Below, piece by piece: positions 8,724 to 19,860 of a stretch of DNA of 64,000 bases. The translations under genes and the position numbers were made by a program. The notes beneath the pieces are model-generated. The model ran no database searches, was not told the DNA's origin, and saw nothing but the letters and a program-made list of their open reading frames with translations. Origin of the DNA: a virus. The first letter of the stretch is position 1. Every line of letters starts with the position of its first letter. The stretch is from the IMG/VR virus record IMGVR_UViG_3300032722_000006, positions 32,001 through 96,000 of that record. One strand, written 5' to 3'.

Positions 8724-9541
8724 AAAGAACTAGGAAGAGCGTGAGTGGAACGGAAAACAAGGAAAACGTTGTGAGTCCCTCACCGCCGGTTCCAACGGTT
8801 GTTGTCGTCCCTGAGGTAGTACTGACACCTGAGGAAAAGGCGAAGGCGAAGGAAGATCGCAAGTACTTCAACGCAAACACGCAACGTGCTATCTGTGCGT
8901 ACCAAAAGGCAGGCGAGGACAGGAAGCTGCGCGAGCAACTATACGTCAAGGAGATCATGCCAGCGTTCGAGAAGCTAGTCGAGAACTTGATCAACATCCA
9001 CAAGTTCACGAGTCTCTACGATACGTACGATGACCTCAAGAACGACTGCGTCAACTTCTTGTTCGAGACAATTGGCAAGTTTGACGGTGAGCGAGGAACA
9101 AACGCATTCTCATACTTCAATGTCGTTGCTAAGAACTGGCTCATCATCCGTACCAAACAGAAGAGCCAGCGCATGCGCAGGAGCGTCAGCTTAGACGATC
9201 CTGAGGCTCTTTCTGCGAATGAACACCGGATCATTGAGGATCATTGCACAATCCCAGGACAGGATGCAGTGCTCGAACTGCAATCAACCGCCAAGGGAAT
9301 CGTGGAGCTACTCTACGAGATCAGGACTAAGTCGAAGACAGAGAATGAGCTCGCGTGCATCAACAGCATCATCACCATCTTCGAGAACATCGACGAGATT
9401 GACTTCCTGAACAAGTCGGCGATCCTGCTATACATGCGTGAGCTCAGCGGCCTGTCGCCGAAACAGCTCACCACAACGATGCAGTCAATCAAGAAGGCGT
9501 ACAAGAGAATGCGTGCAGACCCCAAGTTCAGGTTCTGGTGA
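8720..9541 (+). CDS. Phage late-transcription sigma factor (T4 gp55-like)
   Basis: KYF...TQ.AI..Y, KLVENLI, KFD.ERG.NAFSYF.VVAKNWLI resembling sigma region 2; lies just before the tail genes. Confidence 0.7.
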   Translation: MKRTRKSVSGTENKENVVSPSPPVPTVVVVPEVVLTPEEKAKAKEDRKYFNANTQRAICAYQKAGEDRKLREQLYVKEIMPAFEKLVENLINIHKFTSLYDTYDDLKNDCVNFLFETIGKFDGERGTNAFSYFNVVAKNWLIIRTKQKSQRMRRSVSLDDPEALSANEHRIIEDHCTIPGQDAVLELQSTAKGIVELLYEIRTKSKTENELACINSIITIFENIDEIDFLNKSAILLYMRELSGLSPKQLTTTMQSIKKAYKRMRADPKFRFW

Positions 9542-9545
9542 TCAG

Positions 9546-9992
9546 ATGAACAGAGAGCGGTATTTCGACCTTGTCAGCGAGGTCTACAATCGTGTCCTTG
9601 AACTTTCTGATGATGAGGATAAGCTCGTCATCAGGGATTGGCGTGGGACGACAGAGCTCATCGTGAAGACGCCCGATGATTTTTTGAAAGCTGCGGGAGC
9701 GATCAAGGCACACGGGTGGGTACCAAAGAACCTCCTCGACCCAAAGAGGTTGATGTTCAGCGTAGAGTTCGACAGTGATCCAAAGACTGCTGTTCTCATC
9801 TCCCTCAAGGATGTCAACACATGGATACAGAGATACAACGACGATGGAACGCGTATGCCCGTTGCAGAGCTAGCCCAAGCTGCAAATACTCTCGTAGTTA
9901 ATGATGATGTTCCATTGCTAGCAAAGATGCACGTGCTGGTCGCTGCGGAGGAAATGTGGCTAGCACACAGGAATACACAAAAACAAGCGTGA
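9546..9992 (+). CDS. Hypothetical protein
   Basis: ATG 9546 directly after the sigma stop. Confidence 0.7.
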   Translation: MNRERYFDLVSEVYNRVLELSDDEDKLVIRDWRGTTELIVKTPDDFLKAAGAIKAHGWVPKNLLDPKRLMFSVEFDSDPKTAVLISLKDVNTWIQRYNDDGTRMPVAELAQAANTLVVNDDVPLLAKMHVLVAAEEMWLAHRNTQKQA

Positions 9993-10001
9993 GGATCAGC
10001 C

Positions 10002-10397
10002 ATGGCAGACGAGACAGAAAGCAAACCCGTAGACATCATTGAGATCTCTGAGTTCAACGTCGAGAAGAAGATCCAGGACTTCGGTGAACTTTTGCAGTCC
10101 ATCGAGTCAATGGACGACAAGAAACGCGCATTGTGGCGTGAAATCTATGAGAATGCACTCGTAGACAGGCAGAACGCCTACGCCATGTTCACGCGTCTTG
10201 CTAGGATCGCAAAGGAGATCTCTACTGAACATGCCGTGCATGGCAGGACGATGGCGACGTTCCTAGAGCGGATGGGTAAGGCGAACGATCAACTCATCAG
10301 GCTCGCAGAGCTCATCTCGAAAGCTCAGACAGAGAGCGAAGAGATCGACACAGACGACATGTTCGAGAGGATCAAGAAAAACGAGAAGGGGCGCTGA
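10002..10397 (+). CDS. Hypothetical helical protein
   Basis: GAGGA RBS, coiled-coil character. Confidence 0.75.
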   Translation: MADETESKPVDIIEISEFNVEKKIQDFGELLQSIESMDDKKRALWREIYENALVDRQNAYAMFTRLARIAKEISTEHAVHGRTMATFLERMGKANDQLIRLAELISKAQTESEEIDTDDMFERIKKNEKGR

Positions 10398-10433
10398 ACA
10401 TACGTCCTTGGTACGTAAGATCGAGGAACGTCA

Positions 10434-12221
10434 ATGTCTAAGTATGACGATCAGGACACGAGAGGCCTAGTTGAGGGTCGTGGTCATCAGGTAGCAACTG
10501 CCCGGGCTGCATATCGTAAACAAGATTCTTCACGCCCAACGTTCGTCAAAATCATAATTTTAGACGTCATTAGCGATCCATCTGCGATCGATGATGTGAA
10601 GATGCAATTCTACAAAGGAAGCTTGGGTGTTGGCAATGCTCAACTTGCACGCAATGCACCCAGAAATAGCATCATAGGTCGTCGTGTAATGGGTGTCGAC
10701 TCAGGTGCAAGTGAAGCTGCGATGATTTTTTATCCATTCTTCCCTTCTCACATATCGCTTCCTGCTAAACCCGGAGAACATGTTTGGGCAATCTTCGAGA
10801 ATCCTGACGCTCCTAGCAACATAGGATATTGGATCTGCAAGGTCCCTCAGCCCAGCTTCGTTGATGATGTCAACTATACACACGCTGACAGGCAAGCAGA
10901 TCAATCATTCACGCCAGGAATTGCTGCGACTGCAGAAGGCAGTAGCGCGCCAATTTACGAATTTCGAAATGGCGGCGTTGATTCGTTGAATGGTGAAAGG
11001 TACACCGTCGTTGAAACGGTCAGCATGCCGGGAGGTGATGATGTGTACACTAACATTCTCACTAAATCAGACTCATCACAGATTACGTGGTATGAACCTG
11101 TCCCTCGATACAGAAAACGTCCCGCTGACGTTGCGTTTGAAGGCAGCAATAATACGTTGATCGTCCTTGGCAACGATCGCACTGGCCCAATTGCAACATA
11201 TACGACAGACCCAACACATGGTCAAGTGCCTGAAGCAGTTGATGCGGATGCATTCACAGACGGTGCTGGATCAATTGATATCGTTGTAGGCCGAGGACAA
11301 ACGCCCGCGACAGGTGGTACATCTGTTGACAACAAGGTCATCGGTAAAGAAATTGCTAAGGACACACCAAGCCTTGCTGCACAGGAAGGCGATCCGGATC
11401 TGATCCACGATCGTAGCCGTGTTCTTGTTGCGATGCAAACGAATGCAGACGTAAATTTTGGCATCGATTCATTCTTGACTGACGGTTTGCTTGTCGGCAC
11501 GATGAGCGATAAGTCTGCCGCAAAGTCAGGTGCCATTGTCGCTAAGTCAGACCGCGTTCGCATCATAGGACGCTCTGACATTGCCCTCATGACGACTAGT
11601 CAAGGAAAGACTGACAGCAACAATCTTCCCATTGATAGCACGAGCAATGATGATTGGGCAACCATTGGGATCAAGTCGACAGGTGACGTCTACATCCAAC
11701 CCATCGCAAAGGGCTCAGTAGACATTGAGACTCCCAAGTGCAACATCACTGTCAACCCTGAAGACCTTGACATCTCAACGACTGTCTGCGACCTCAAGAT
11801 GAATCAGACTGACATCAAAGTAACTGTCGGTGCAACGTCTATAGATGCGAACGCACAAGGTATCACGTCTACAATTGGTGCAACAACATCAATTGCAGAG
11901 ACGGCGTCTGGAGTGACTGTGACTACGCCTCAGGTGACGTTGACAGCACCCGCAGTCACTGCATCAGGAACGCTAGCCGTAGCAGGAGCAGTGACCGTTG
12001 CTTCAATCTCTTTGTCTGGAGGCACAATGGTCGCAGGCAGTGCTGCGGGTGCAGTTGAAACCATCATCACAGCATTGAATACGTTAGGACAAACATTGTC
12101 TAACTTGAAGCCAACTGGAACGCCTGCTGATGGGAGCGCAGCAATGACAGCGCTCGCAGCTGCAGGAACTGCGCTTTCTGGAGTGATCGCATCACTGACG
12201 CCTATGACAAAGTCTACTTAA
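10434..12221 (+). CDS. Baseplate hub/spike protein (gp5/VgrG-like)
   Basis: OB-fold-like YPFFP..ISLP.KPGEHVW, FEGSNNTLIVLG, beta-repeat C-terminus; upstream of gp25-like gene. Confidence 0.7.
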   Translation: MSKYDDQDTRGLVEGRGHQVATARAAYRKQDSSRPTFVKIIILDVISDPSAIDDVKMQFYKGSLGVGNAQLARNAPRNSIIGRRVMGVDSGASEAAMIFYPFFPSHISLPAKPGEHVWAIFENPDAPSNIGYWICKVPQPSFVDDVNYTHADRQADQSFTPGIAATAEGSSAPIYEFRNGGVDSLNGERYTVVETVSMPGGDDVYTNILTKSDSSQITWYEPVPRYRKRPADVAFEGSNNTLIVLGNDRTGPIATYTTDPTHGQVPEAVDADAFTDGAGSIDIVVGRGQTPATGGTSVDNKVIGKEIAKDTPSLAAQEGDPDLIHDRSRVLVAMQTNADVNFGIDSFLTDGLLVGTMSDKSAAKSGAIVAKSDRVRIIGRSDIALMTTSQGKTDSNNLPIDSTSNDDWATIGIKSTGDVYIQPIAKGSVDIETPKCNITVNPEDLDISTTVCDLKMNQTDIKVTVGATSIDANAQGITSTIGATTSIAETASGVTVTTPQVTLTAPAVTASGTLAVAGAVTVASISLSGGTMVAGSAAGAVETIITALNTLGQTLSNLKPTGTPADGSAAMTALAAAGTALSGVIASLTPMTKST

Positions 12222-12224
12222 CGC

Positions 12225-12695
12225 ATGGGAACATATTCATTCAAATCATCCGGAACGACGAAGGCTGACGCTACCACGCAAGCTGCTGCGATTGCTCCCA
12301 CGTCATTGCCAATTGGTATCTTGACGCCTTTATCATTGGGTGTGGATGATCTTCTCACAACGACAAAAAGTGTTGCTAGCGCAATGGCAGACAACCTTCG
12401 TAATCTCATCATGACGAACTGGGGAGAGCGACTGGGTCTGTACAACTTCGGTGCCAATCTGAGGCCATTGACGACAAATCTAGTATCACAAGACGACTTT
12501 GATTCAGCTGCAATCTCATCAATTAAATCAGCCGTTCAGACGTGGATGCCGTATATCGACCTGCAGAATTTTACGTCATCGATCAACAGGACACAAAATC
12601 AGAACACAGCCGTCATCGTTCTGACGATCACGTACAACATTCCGAACCTGAACGTCTCGAATCAACAGTTACAAGTTACGATGTACGCTATCTGA
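12225..12695 (+). CDS. Baseplate wedge subunit, gp25/GPW-like
   Basis: DNLRNLIMTNWGERL..YNFGANL, WMPYI. Confidence 0.85.
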   Translation: MGTYSFKSSGTTKADATTQAAAIAPTSLPIGILTPLSLGVDDLLTTTKSVASAMADNLRNLIMTNWGERLGLYNFGANLRPLTTNLVSQDDFDSAAISSIKSAVQTWMPYIDLQNFTSSINRTQNQNTAVIVLTITYNIPNLNVSNQQLQVTMYAI

Positions 12696-12720
12696 CGTGC
12701 ATACCTAGACAAGGACGTAA

Positions 12721-14565
12721 ATGACACTTCAAAGAGACGATCTCAAAGTAGTACGACAGAGGAAGTACCTCGCGAAGGACTTTGATGCGTTACGTGCGAA
12801 CTTGCTAGAGTACGCTCGACAGTACTATCCAGATCGTCTTCAAGACTTTTCTGAATCTTCATTGGGAGGTCTGTTCCTTGATTTTGCTGCGTACGTGGGC
12901 GACAACCTGTCGTTCTATCTGGATCACCAGTATGGCGAACTGAACCCAACGACTGCGATCGAGCAAGGAAACATTCAACGTTTGTTAGACGCAAGCGGTG
13001 TTCCAATCACGGGTGCATCTCCTGCAATCGTTGCAGTTACGTGCTACATTGAGGTACCAGCTGCAAACATCAACAGTGTTGTTCAGCCTGATCCGACGGC
13101 ATTGCCAGTCATCAGAGAAAATTCGACATTTGTGTCAAAAGGTGGAGTCATCTTCACACTCACTGAAGATATCGACTACAACGCAACTTACTCAGATGGT
13201 ACGCTTCAAGCATCTGTTACTATCGGTTCAAAAACGCCCGCCGGCCAAATCAAGACGTTCATACTTTCTGCGTCTGGCTTGTGTCTGTCAGGCAATGAGT
13301 ATACTGACAACGTTTCCGTTGGTTCGACATTTACGCCGTACATGCAGATCACTCTACAGAATGCGAATGTTTCAACGATCATTTCTGTCAATGATCAACT
13401 GGGAAACATCTACTATCAGGTAGACGCGTTAACGAACGACGTTGTTTATGCAAACGTCCTCAACACAGCTGCTGACAATGATCTTGCACCGCAAGTAATC
13501 AAAGTGATCCCGGCACCTTACCGGTACATCATCTCAACCAACATTTCAAGTCGTAAAACAACACTCACGTTCGGCGCAGGAAATGCTCAGTCTCTTCAGG
13601 ATGATATCATCCCTGATCCATCGAGCTTTGCAATTTCGCTTCCATTCACAAAGACATTCTCGCGAATTCCCATCAATCCGCAGCAACTGTTGCAGACGAC
13701 AACGTTAGGTATCGCTGCTGCAAATACGACGTATAACATCACGTATCGAGCAGGAGGTGGCCTTAGTCATAACGTGAATATCAACAACATTCAAACTGCG
13801 AAGACGGTCAATATGTTCTTTCCTGGGAATCCATCTCCTGCAGTTGCTGGACGTATCAAGGCTAGTCTCGAAGTCAACAATCTTATCGCTGCCTCTGGTG
13901 GAGAGGATCCTCCGACGCCTGCCGATCTAGTTCAATTGATCCCATCGATCACAAATTCGCAAGAAAGAATCGTTACACGCGAGGATCTCCTTGCACGTGT
14001 TTACACGATCCCATCAAATTTCGGTCGTGTCTTCCGTGCAGGAGTCAGGAACAACCCAAACAATCCTCTTGCGACGCAGTTGTACATCATCTCTCGCAAT
14101 GCGTCCGGACAACTAATCATCTCACCAGACACATTGAAGACTAACCTCGTCAAGTATCTCAATCCATACAGGATGATCAGCGATGCAATTGATATTCTGG
14201 ATGCTAGAATTGTTGACCTGACGTTCAGCTTCAGCGTCCTTATCGATCCATCGTTGAACAAAACGACAGTCATCAACAATGCATTAGTACAGCTTCAGGC
14301 GTTTTTCGATGTCAAAAACTTTCACATTGATCAACCGATCGTGTTGTCAAATCTGACGAACATCCTCTTCAACGTACCTGGGATCATGTCGATCAACAAC
14401 ATTCAGTTCAACAACGTCTCAGGTGTTGTCAATAACAGGCAATACAGCAACGTGACATTCGATCCAACGTCAAACACGTCATCTGGGTTGATGTTCCCGC
14501 CTGCTGGGGGTATCTTTGAGGTCCGTTACCCGACGGTCGACATCACTGGACAATCATCGGTGTAA
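12721..14565 (+). CDS. Baseplate wedge subunit, gp6/J-like
   Basis: YLAKDF..LR, AAYVGDNLSFYLD, ASGGED, QERIVTRED, PSNFG. Confidence 0.85.
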   Translation: MTLQRDDLKVVRQRKYLAKDFDALRANLLEYARQYYPDRLQDFSESSLGGLFLDFAAYVGDNLSFYLDHQYGELNPTTAIEQGNIQRLLDASGVPITGASPAIVAVTCYIEVPAANINSVVQPDPTALPVIRENSTFVSKGGVIFTLTEDIDYNATYSDGTLQASVTIGSKTPAGQIKTFILSASGLCLSGNEYTDNVSVGSTFTPYMQITLQNANVSTIISVNDQLGNIYYQVDALTNDVVYANVLNTAADNDLAPQVIKVIPAPYRYIISTNISSRKTTLTFGAGNAQSLQDDIIPDPSSFAISLPFTKTFSRIPINPQQLLQTTTLGIAAANTTYNITYRAGGGLSHNVNINNIQTAKTVNMFFPGNPSPAVAGRIKASLEVNNLIAASGGEDPPTPADLVQLIPSITNSQERIVTREDLLARVYTIPSNFGRVFRAGVRNNPNNPLATQLYIISRNASGQLIISPDTLKTNLVKYLNPYRMISDAIDILDARIVDLTFSFSVLIDPSLNKTTVINNALVQLQAFFDVKNFHIDQPIVLSNLTNILFNVPGIMSINNIQFNNVSGVVNNRQYSNVTFDPTSNTSSGLMFPPAGGIFEVRYPTVDITGQSSV

Positions 14566-14566
14566 T

Positions 14567-16081
14567 ATGTACAAGGTTCTCAAGCCAATCAAGGACACAT
14601 ACATCACGAACAGGTACGTCAACAACGTACCACAGGTCACGGCGAACGTCGGCGCGGCGGGGTCGCTCGACCTGTTCAAATTGTACGGCGTGACATCAAC
14701 AGCGAGCGGGACGACGTCAGTTCCTAACACGGAACTCAGTAGACTTCTAGTACAATTTGATCTTGACCCGCTCCGGGAGCTCGTCGAGGCGGGGGCTGTC
14801 GATCCTGGCGATCCGAGCTTCTCATGTCACTTACGCATGTCTGATGTGTATGGTGGCCAACCAACACCCAGCAATTTCACTGTGAATGTGTGTCCGATGT
14901 CAGCATCGTTCGATGAAGGCCTTGGTCGTGACGTTGTGTTTTACTCGGACAGTGACGTATGTAACTGGCTCACGGGATCTTCGACGTCAGGTGCGTGGTT
15001 AGTAGAAGGATGTGGATTCAGCGGTAGCGCAGGTCCGACGCCGTGTGACTACATCATCGATCCTTTATTCGAAGCGAGTCAGGCGTTCAAGACCGGTCTA
15101 GAGGACCTGTACGTCGACATTACGTCCATCGTGTCCGCCACGTTGGCTGGTGCCCTACCCGACGAGGGCCTGAGAATATCTTTCGACCCCTCGATGGAGG
15201 ATAACCAGTACACATATTTCGTAAAAAGGTTCGCGAGCCGCTCGGCGTACAATGAGGACAAGAGACCGAACATACTCGTCAAGTTCGACGATTCGATCCA
15301 AGATGACACAAACGATGGCGTGTTCCTTGATTCGACGAGCTACCTCTTCCTCTACAACTACGTTAGATCCGGACTAACGAACCTGATGTCAGGCTCGAGC
15401 GCAATCACGGGCGCTGACAGCATCATCTTGCAACTCACGACACCCGTGTCTGGCGGGATCTGGTCAGGGTACTTCACGGGTTCACAGCACACACGAGGGG
15501 TGTTCCCAGTGACTGGTATCTACTCATGCTCAGTTGACATCCTGTCGTCTGATCCTCTCTTGCAACCTCAGTGGCAAGCATCGGGTTCCATTACGTTCAC
15601 ACCGATCTGGCAATCGCTTGACGGAACGTTACCATACCTCACAGGCAGCACATTCAAGGCATACCCTCCCCAACGCGGTGCACAGTCTCTTGCACCGCAT
15701 CGATTTGTCGTGTCCGTGTATGGAGTGGCAGACGAGCTCGACGCTTGTGAAAAGACGACATTGAGGGTGAACATCTTCGATTACAGCGCTCCGTATGTCA
15801 CAACAGCGCTGAAACTTCCTGTTGATCTACCTGGGATAGTCGTCAGGGACGTACACTACCAGGTGCGTGACGTCATGTCAGATCAGGTTGTCGTACCGTT
15901 CGACACAAAGAACAACTCAACTAGGGTTTCGAGTGACAGCACCGGCATGTACTTCACCCTTGATGCGTCCAACCTCAAGTCAGGAAATTCGTACATCATT
16001 GATGTGATGGTCTTCACAGACAACAACAAGCAGCTGTACAAGTCTGCATCTCCAGCGTTCAGAATAGGTGGCGTGGCGTAG
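14567..16081 (+). CDS. Virion structural (baseplate-associated) protein
   Basis: KDTYITN N-terminus, SRLLVQFD; position in baseplate operon. Confidence 0.7.
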   Translation: MYKVLKPIKDTYITNRYVNNVPQVTANVGAAGSLDLFKLYGVTSTASGTTSVPNTELSRLLVQFDLDPLRELVEAGAVDPGDPSFSCHLRMSDVYGGQPTPSNFTVNVCPMSASFDEGLGRDVVFYSDSDVCNWLTGSSTSGAWLVEGCGFSGSAGPTPCDYIIDPLFEASQAFKTGLEDLYVDITSIVSATLAGALPDEGLRISFDPSMEDNQYTYFVKRFASRSAYNEDKRPNILVKFDDSIQDDTNDGVFLDSTSYLFLYNYVRSGLTNLMSGSSAITGADSIILQLTTPVSGGIWSGYFTGSQHTRGVFPVTGIYSCSVDILSSDPLLQPQWQASGSITFTPIWQSLDGTLPYLTGSTFKAYPPQRGAQSLAPHRFVVSVYGVADELDACEKTTLRVNIFDYSAPYVTTALKLPVDLPGIVVRDVHYQVRDVMSDQVVVPFDTKNNSTRVSSDSTGMYFTLDASNLKSGNSYIIDVMVFTDNNKQLYKSASPAFRIGGVA

Positions 16082-16112
16082 AGTTTGATACGTAGTCTCT
16101 AGTACTCCGTCC

Positions 16113-19100
16113 ATGTCAACACGACCTCTCAATCCGTACATCCCCGCATACCCGCAGTCAGCAGTGACAGGTAGCAGGCCAGTCGCTGTCACCCTCGACG
16201 CGATGTCGGACACGAACATCCTGTCAACGTCGTCATTCGTGTACGATGTTCCTGGGACCGGTCTGAAATCAACACAGCAACTCAACGTTGATTGGTCACA
16301 GTTTCAGAATCACACCTTCTTCATGTCTGCTGAGGCAAAGGTCAACCTCGCATTCGATGCAATCATCAATCAGTTTCCATTTGATGGAACGCGGCAGGAA
16401 GTCGAGGTCTTTGAAGAGAAGCTCTCCGGATTTGAGAAGTGGGTCTTTGACAGCTTCCCATCATATGCGGGTGAACTTCTATTCTCCGGGACACAGGTGG
16501 GGGAAACATCACCTCAAGCCGGCACGTATATCAAGGTTGAGAACAAGGCGGGTGCACTGTACCCTGCGCTGTCGAAGCAGAACACGGGCGTTCCTATACT
16601 GAACCCAACCGGTTCACAGTCGTACACGATCGAGATGCAGTTGTACCTGCCACCAATCAAGAATGATGTCCAAACGATCTGCCAGATGCTATCGACGTCT
16701 GCAGGAACGCTTGGTTCAACGCAGGGATGGACGCTGTACATGACGCAATCATTGTCAACGTCTTCTGTTGATGCTACGTTTGCGATGGTGTCAGGCAGCA
16801 GTTTCATGACTGTTCCTCTCACGTTGAACAAGGGAATGTTCAATCATGTCGCTGTCGAACTCAATCGCACGCAAGGTCTACCGTGGCTCGAGTCTTTCCT
16901 GTTGTCAGTTCCGTATGCTGAGTCCCAGACACAGGTCGAACTTGGTGATATGGCAATCGATGATGCACCGTTGCTTATCGGAAGCGGCACTGCGATACAG
17001 ATCGGTCAATTTCCTTCGGGCCTTATCACACCCATGCAGACGTTGTCCGGCACGATCGACGAATTTCGCATCTTCAACTCGCCTCGTACGCCTCAACAAC
17101 TCGCTGCGTATGCTGGCAAGGCACTGTACTCAACGAACGACCTGCTTCTCTACTATCGTTTCAATGAACCGCCGCCTCCCATCGCAACGTTTCTAAACGA
17201 TAGCGTCAATAGCATCGTCCTTGACTCAAGTGGAAATTCACTTCATGCGATGATCAGCGGCTTCTTCAACATGGGAACGAGCAGCAGCATCGGAATCGGA
17301 CAAACGCCCGGTTCAGGTGCAGATCAAACTGCGTGTGTTTTCAGCTCGAGCGTCATCGGAACAAACGTCGTTGGCAGGAACACGTACTACACCAGCAGCA
17401 TCCAATACACCGTGGGTCCCGAATTGCGCCTCGATGTGACGCAAGATCCACTCAGTCCAGTCGTCTATGAACGTCCTGATAGCCTACACGTGCTGTTCCC
17501 AGCATACCCTCCCACGATGCTATTCAACCAGCAACTTCTGACGAGCGCTAGCGCTTACGATCAGGAGAATCCAAACCTGATCACGCGCCTCGTGCCACAA
17601 CACTACTTCCTCGAAGGCGGCTTCCAGGACGGCTTCATCGACCCACCTGAAGGCAACGCAGGTCAACCTTACGGTGGTGATGGCATCCCTGGTCAAGGCC
17701 AGATGGGTAACGTGCAGATCCTCGTTTCGTTGCTCTTCATCTGGGCACGTTTCTTTGATGACCTCAAATTGTATGTCGATTCATTCAGCACGCTGAGCAC
17801 TGTTGATTATAACACGAACGAGACGATCCCTGACGTATTCCTGCTCGACATGGTGGACAAGATGGGATTCCACCTTCCTCCGTTGTTCAATGATTCGACA
17901 ATCGATCAGTACATCCGAGGAGAGAACGTCGACCTGCACAATTACACGACATCAGTGAATTCACTTCAGCAGGTGCAGAATCAGCTTCTACGTCGCGTCC
18001 TTACCACGTTGCCTCACGTTCTAAAGTCAAAAGGGACACAGTACAGCATTCAGGCATTCCTGCGCTCGATCGGCATCGATCCTGGGAACAACATTCGCAT
18101 CAGGGAATACGGCGGTCCGACGTCAAAGCAGCTGTCATTCACACGAGAGAGCAAGTTCGAGCCAGGAACGATGGTACAGTTCAACTCAACTGCGAGCATC
18201 GTGACATCTCCTCCTCTCGTTGCATCTCGTGTGGAGCCTGGGTACCCAACTCCTGCTGGAACGTTCGTCAAGAATGTTTTGGGTCAGAACATCGGCACCA
18301 CAAACGCAAATGACAACCTTCTCACATCCGGATCCTGGACGTGGGAGGGCATCGTGAAGTGGACACCTGCAGCCATTCCATTGATGACGTCTGCGACTCA
18401 GTCAATTGCACGGTTGTGCACCACAGGCTCGAATTCACCTGGCAGCGAAAATGTCATCGTCAACCTGCTCGCGATCTCGTCATCGATGCAACCTAGGTTG
18501 TTGCTGTTCGCACGCCCGGGCGATGGTCCGAATTCGCCGACGTTGAGTCTGGAACTTGACACGCCCGTCCCCGGGTACCTCAATTCCAACGACATGCCTC
18601 CTGGCATGTTCAACTTTGATCATTGGAATGTGAGTTTCGGTTGCCAACGCAACGACGATGGTCTCAATAGTATCGCGTCATCGTCGTACTTCCTACGCCT
18701 CGCGTACCAGAACGCCGGCAAGGTCGAGTACATGCAGACGACGTCATCGTTCTTCTATGAAGCGCCGTACGGTGAGAACAACGTTCTTAGATCGTTGAAT
18801 TCAACGTCAAATGTCTCAGGCACGTTCCTCGCATTTGGTCCGACACAATTCGTTGCCTCGGGGTCTAGTAGCCAGTATCTGGCCCTCAACAATATTTCTG
18901 CGGCCCCTGCTGCAGCACGAGCAACTGATTTCAACGGCTTGTTGAGCAACGTCCGCTTCTGGTCAAAGGCCTTGAGCATGGCAGAGTGGCAGGAACACGT
19001 CAGGTACTACAAGTCAACTGGTGTAGAGAACCCATTGACGAACTGGAACTATGAGAACACTGCATCAGGTTCCTGGGAGAGATTGCGCATGAGCTCGATG

Positions 19101-19859
19101 ATCCAACAGGACGTCAGGCAAGCGATCTCGACCGCCTCCCACGCCACGATCTTTGGACCTCCCGGCAACCCGATCGGTCCCGTAGGAAGCATCGTGTTCC
19201 CTGACTTCAGCGAGAACGGGTTTCACCTGACGGGAAGCCTATTCCCAATCAACCAAGATGTTGTCGTTGGTGAGACATTCGAGCTTAGCCATCTCAGCCC
19301 GTACTTTGACGAAGCGACGTGCGATGAAAAGATCAGGGTGCGCTCGTACCAGGATTACTCTCTTGTTCAGCAGACACCCTGGGCACAGCTAGCGCCGTTG
19401 CACGAGATCGATCCTAGTGAAACGCCGACTGATGACGTGCGATTGAGCGTTGAGTTCTCGCTGATCGATGCGTTGAATAGGGACATCGTCACCATGTTCG
19501 CAACGTTCGACTCGATCGATAATGCGATCGGTGATCCAGAATTAATGTTTTCTCCTGATTATCCCGACATTGCACGAATGCGCGATATCTACTTCAATCG
19601 AATCAAGGCAAAGCTGAACTTTCAGGCATTCTACGAGTTCTTCCTGTGGTTCGACAAGTCGATCGGTACCTTCATCAAGCAGCTGATCCCGCGCAAGACG
19701 AGCTTCAAGGATGTCAATTTCATGGTTGAATCTCACATGCTCGAGCGCGCAAAGCAGGAGTACCTGACGTACAACAGTTACCTCGGTGACTCCAATCGGA
19801 CAAACCTCACCTCTGTCATCCTCCTGCAGCAGATCGACGGATCTGTGACAAAGTACTGA
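16113..19859 (+). CDS. Large baseplate wedge protein with LamG/ConA-like domains
   Basis: SGTIDEFRIF and NGLLSNVRFW LamG motifs; LKSKGT...I..FLRSIG; VESHMLERAK. Confidence 0.75.
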   Translation: MSTRPLNPYIPAYPQSAVTGSRPVAVTLDAMSDTNILSTSSFVYDVPGTGLKSTQQLNVDWSQFQNHTFFMSAEAKVNLAFDAIINQFPFDGTRQEVEVFEEKLSGFEKWVFDSFPSYAGELLFSGTQVGETSPQAGTYIKVENKAGALYPALSKQNTGVPILNPTGSQSYTIEMQLYLPPIKNDVQTICQMLSTSAGTLGSTQGWTLYMTQSLSTSSVDATFAMVSGSSFMTVPLTLNKGMFNHVAVELNRTQGLPWLESFLLSVPYAESQTQVELGDMAIDDAPLLIGSGTAIQIGQFPSGLITPMQTLSGTIDEFRIFNSPRTPQQLAAYAGKALYSTNDLLLYYRFNEPPPPIATFLNDSVNSIVLDSSGNSLHAMISGFFNMGTSSSIGIGQTPGSGADQTACVFSSSVIGTNVVGRNTYYTSSIQYTVGPELRLDVTQDPLSPVVYERPDSLHVLFPAYPPTMLFNQQLLTSASAYDQENPNLITRLVPQHYFLEGGFQDGFIDPPEGNAGQPYGGDGIPGQGQMGNVQILVSLLFIWARFFDDLKLYVDSFSTLSTVDYNTNETIPDVFLLDMVDKMGFHLPPLFNDSTIDQYIRGENVDLHNYTTSVNSLQQVQNQLLRRVLTTLPHVLKSKGTQYSIQAFLRSIGIDPGNNIRIREYGGPTSKQLSFTRESKFEPGTMVQFNSTASIVTSPPLVASRVEPGYPTPAGTFVKNVLGQNIGTTNANDNLLTSGSWTWEGIVKWTPAAIPLMTSATQSIARLCTTGSNSPGSENVIVNLLAISSSMQPRLLLFARPGDGPNSPTLSLELDTPVPGYLNSNDMPPGMFNFDHWNVSFGCQRNDDGLNSIASSSYFLRLAYQNAGKVEYMQTTSSFFYEAPYGENNVLRSLNSTSNVSGTFLAFGPTQFVASGSSSQYLALNNISAAPAAARATDFNGLLSNVRFWSKALSMAEWQEHVRYYKSTGVENPLTNWNYENTASGSWERLRMSSMIQQDVRQAISTASHATIFGPPGNPIGPVGSIVFPDFSENGFHLTGSLFPINQDVVVGETFELSHLSPYFDEATCDEKIRVRSYQDYSLVQQTPWAQLAPLHEIDPSETPTDDVRLSVEFSLIDALNRDIVTMFATFDSIDNAIGDPELMFSPDYPDIARMRDIYFNRIKAKLNFQAFYEFFLWFDKSIGTFIKQLIPRKTSFKDVNFMVESHMLERAKQEYLTYNSYLGDSNRTNLTSVILLQQIDGSVTKY

Positions 19860-19860
19860 C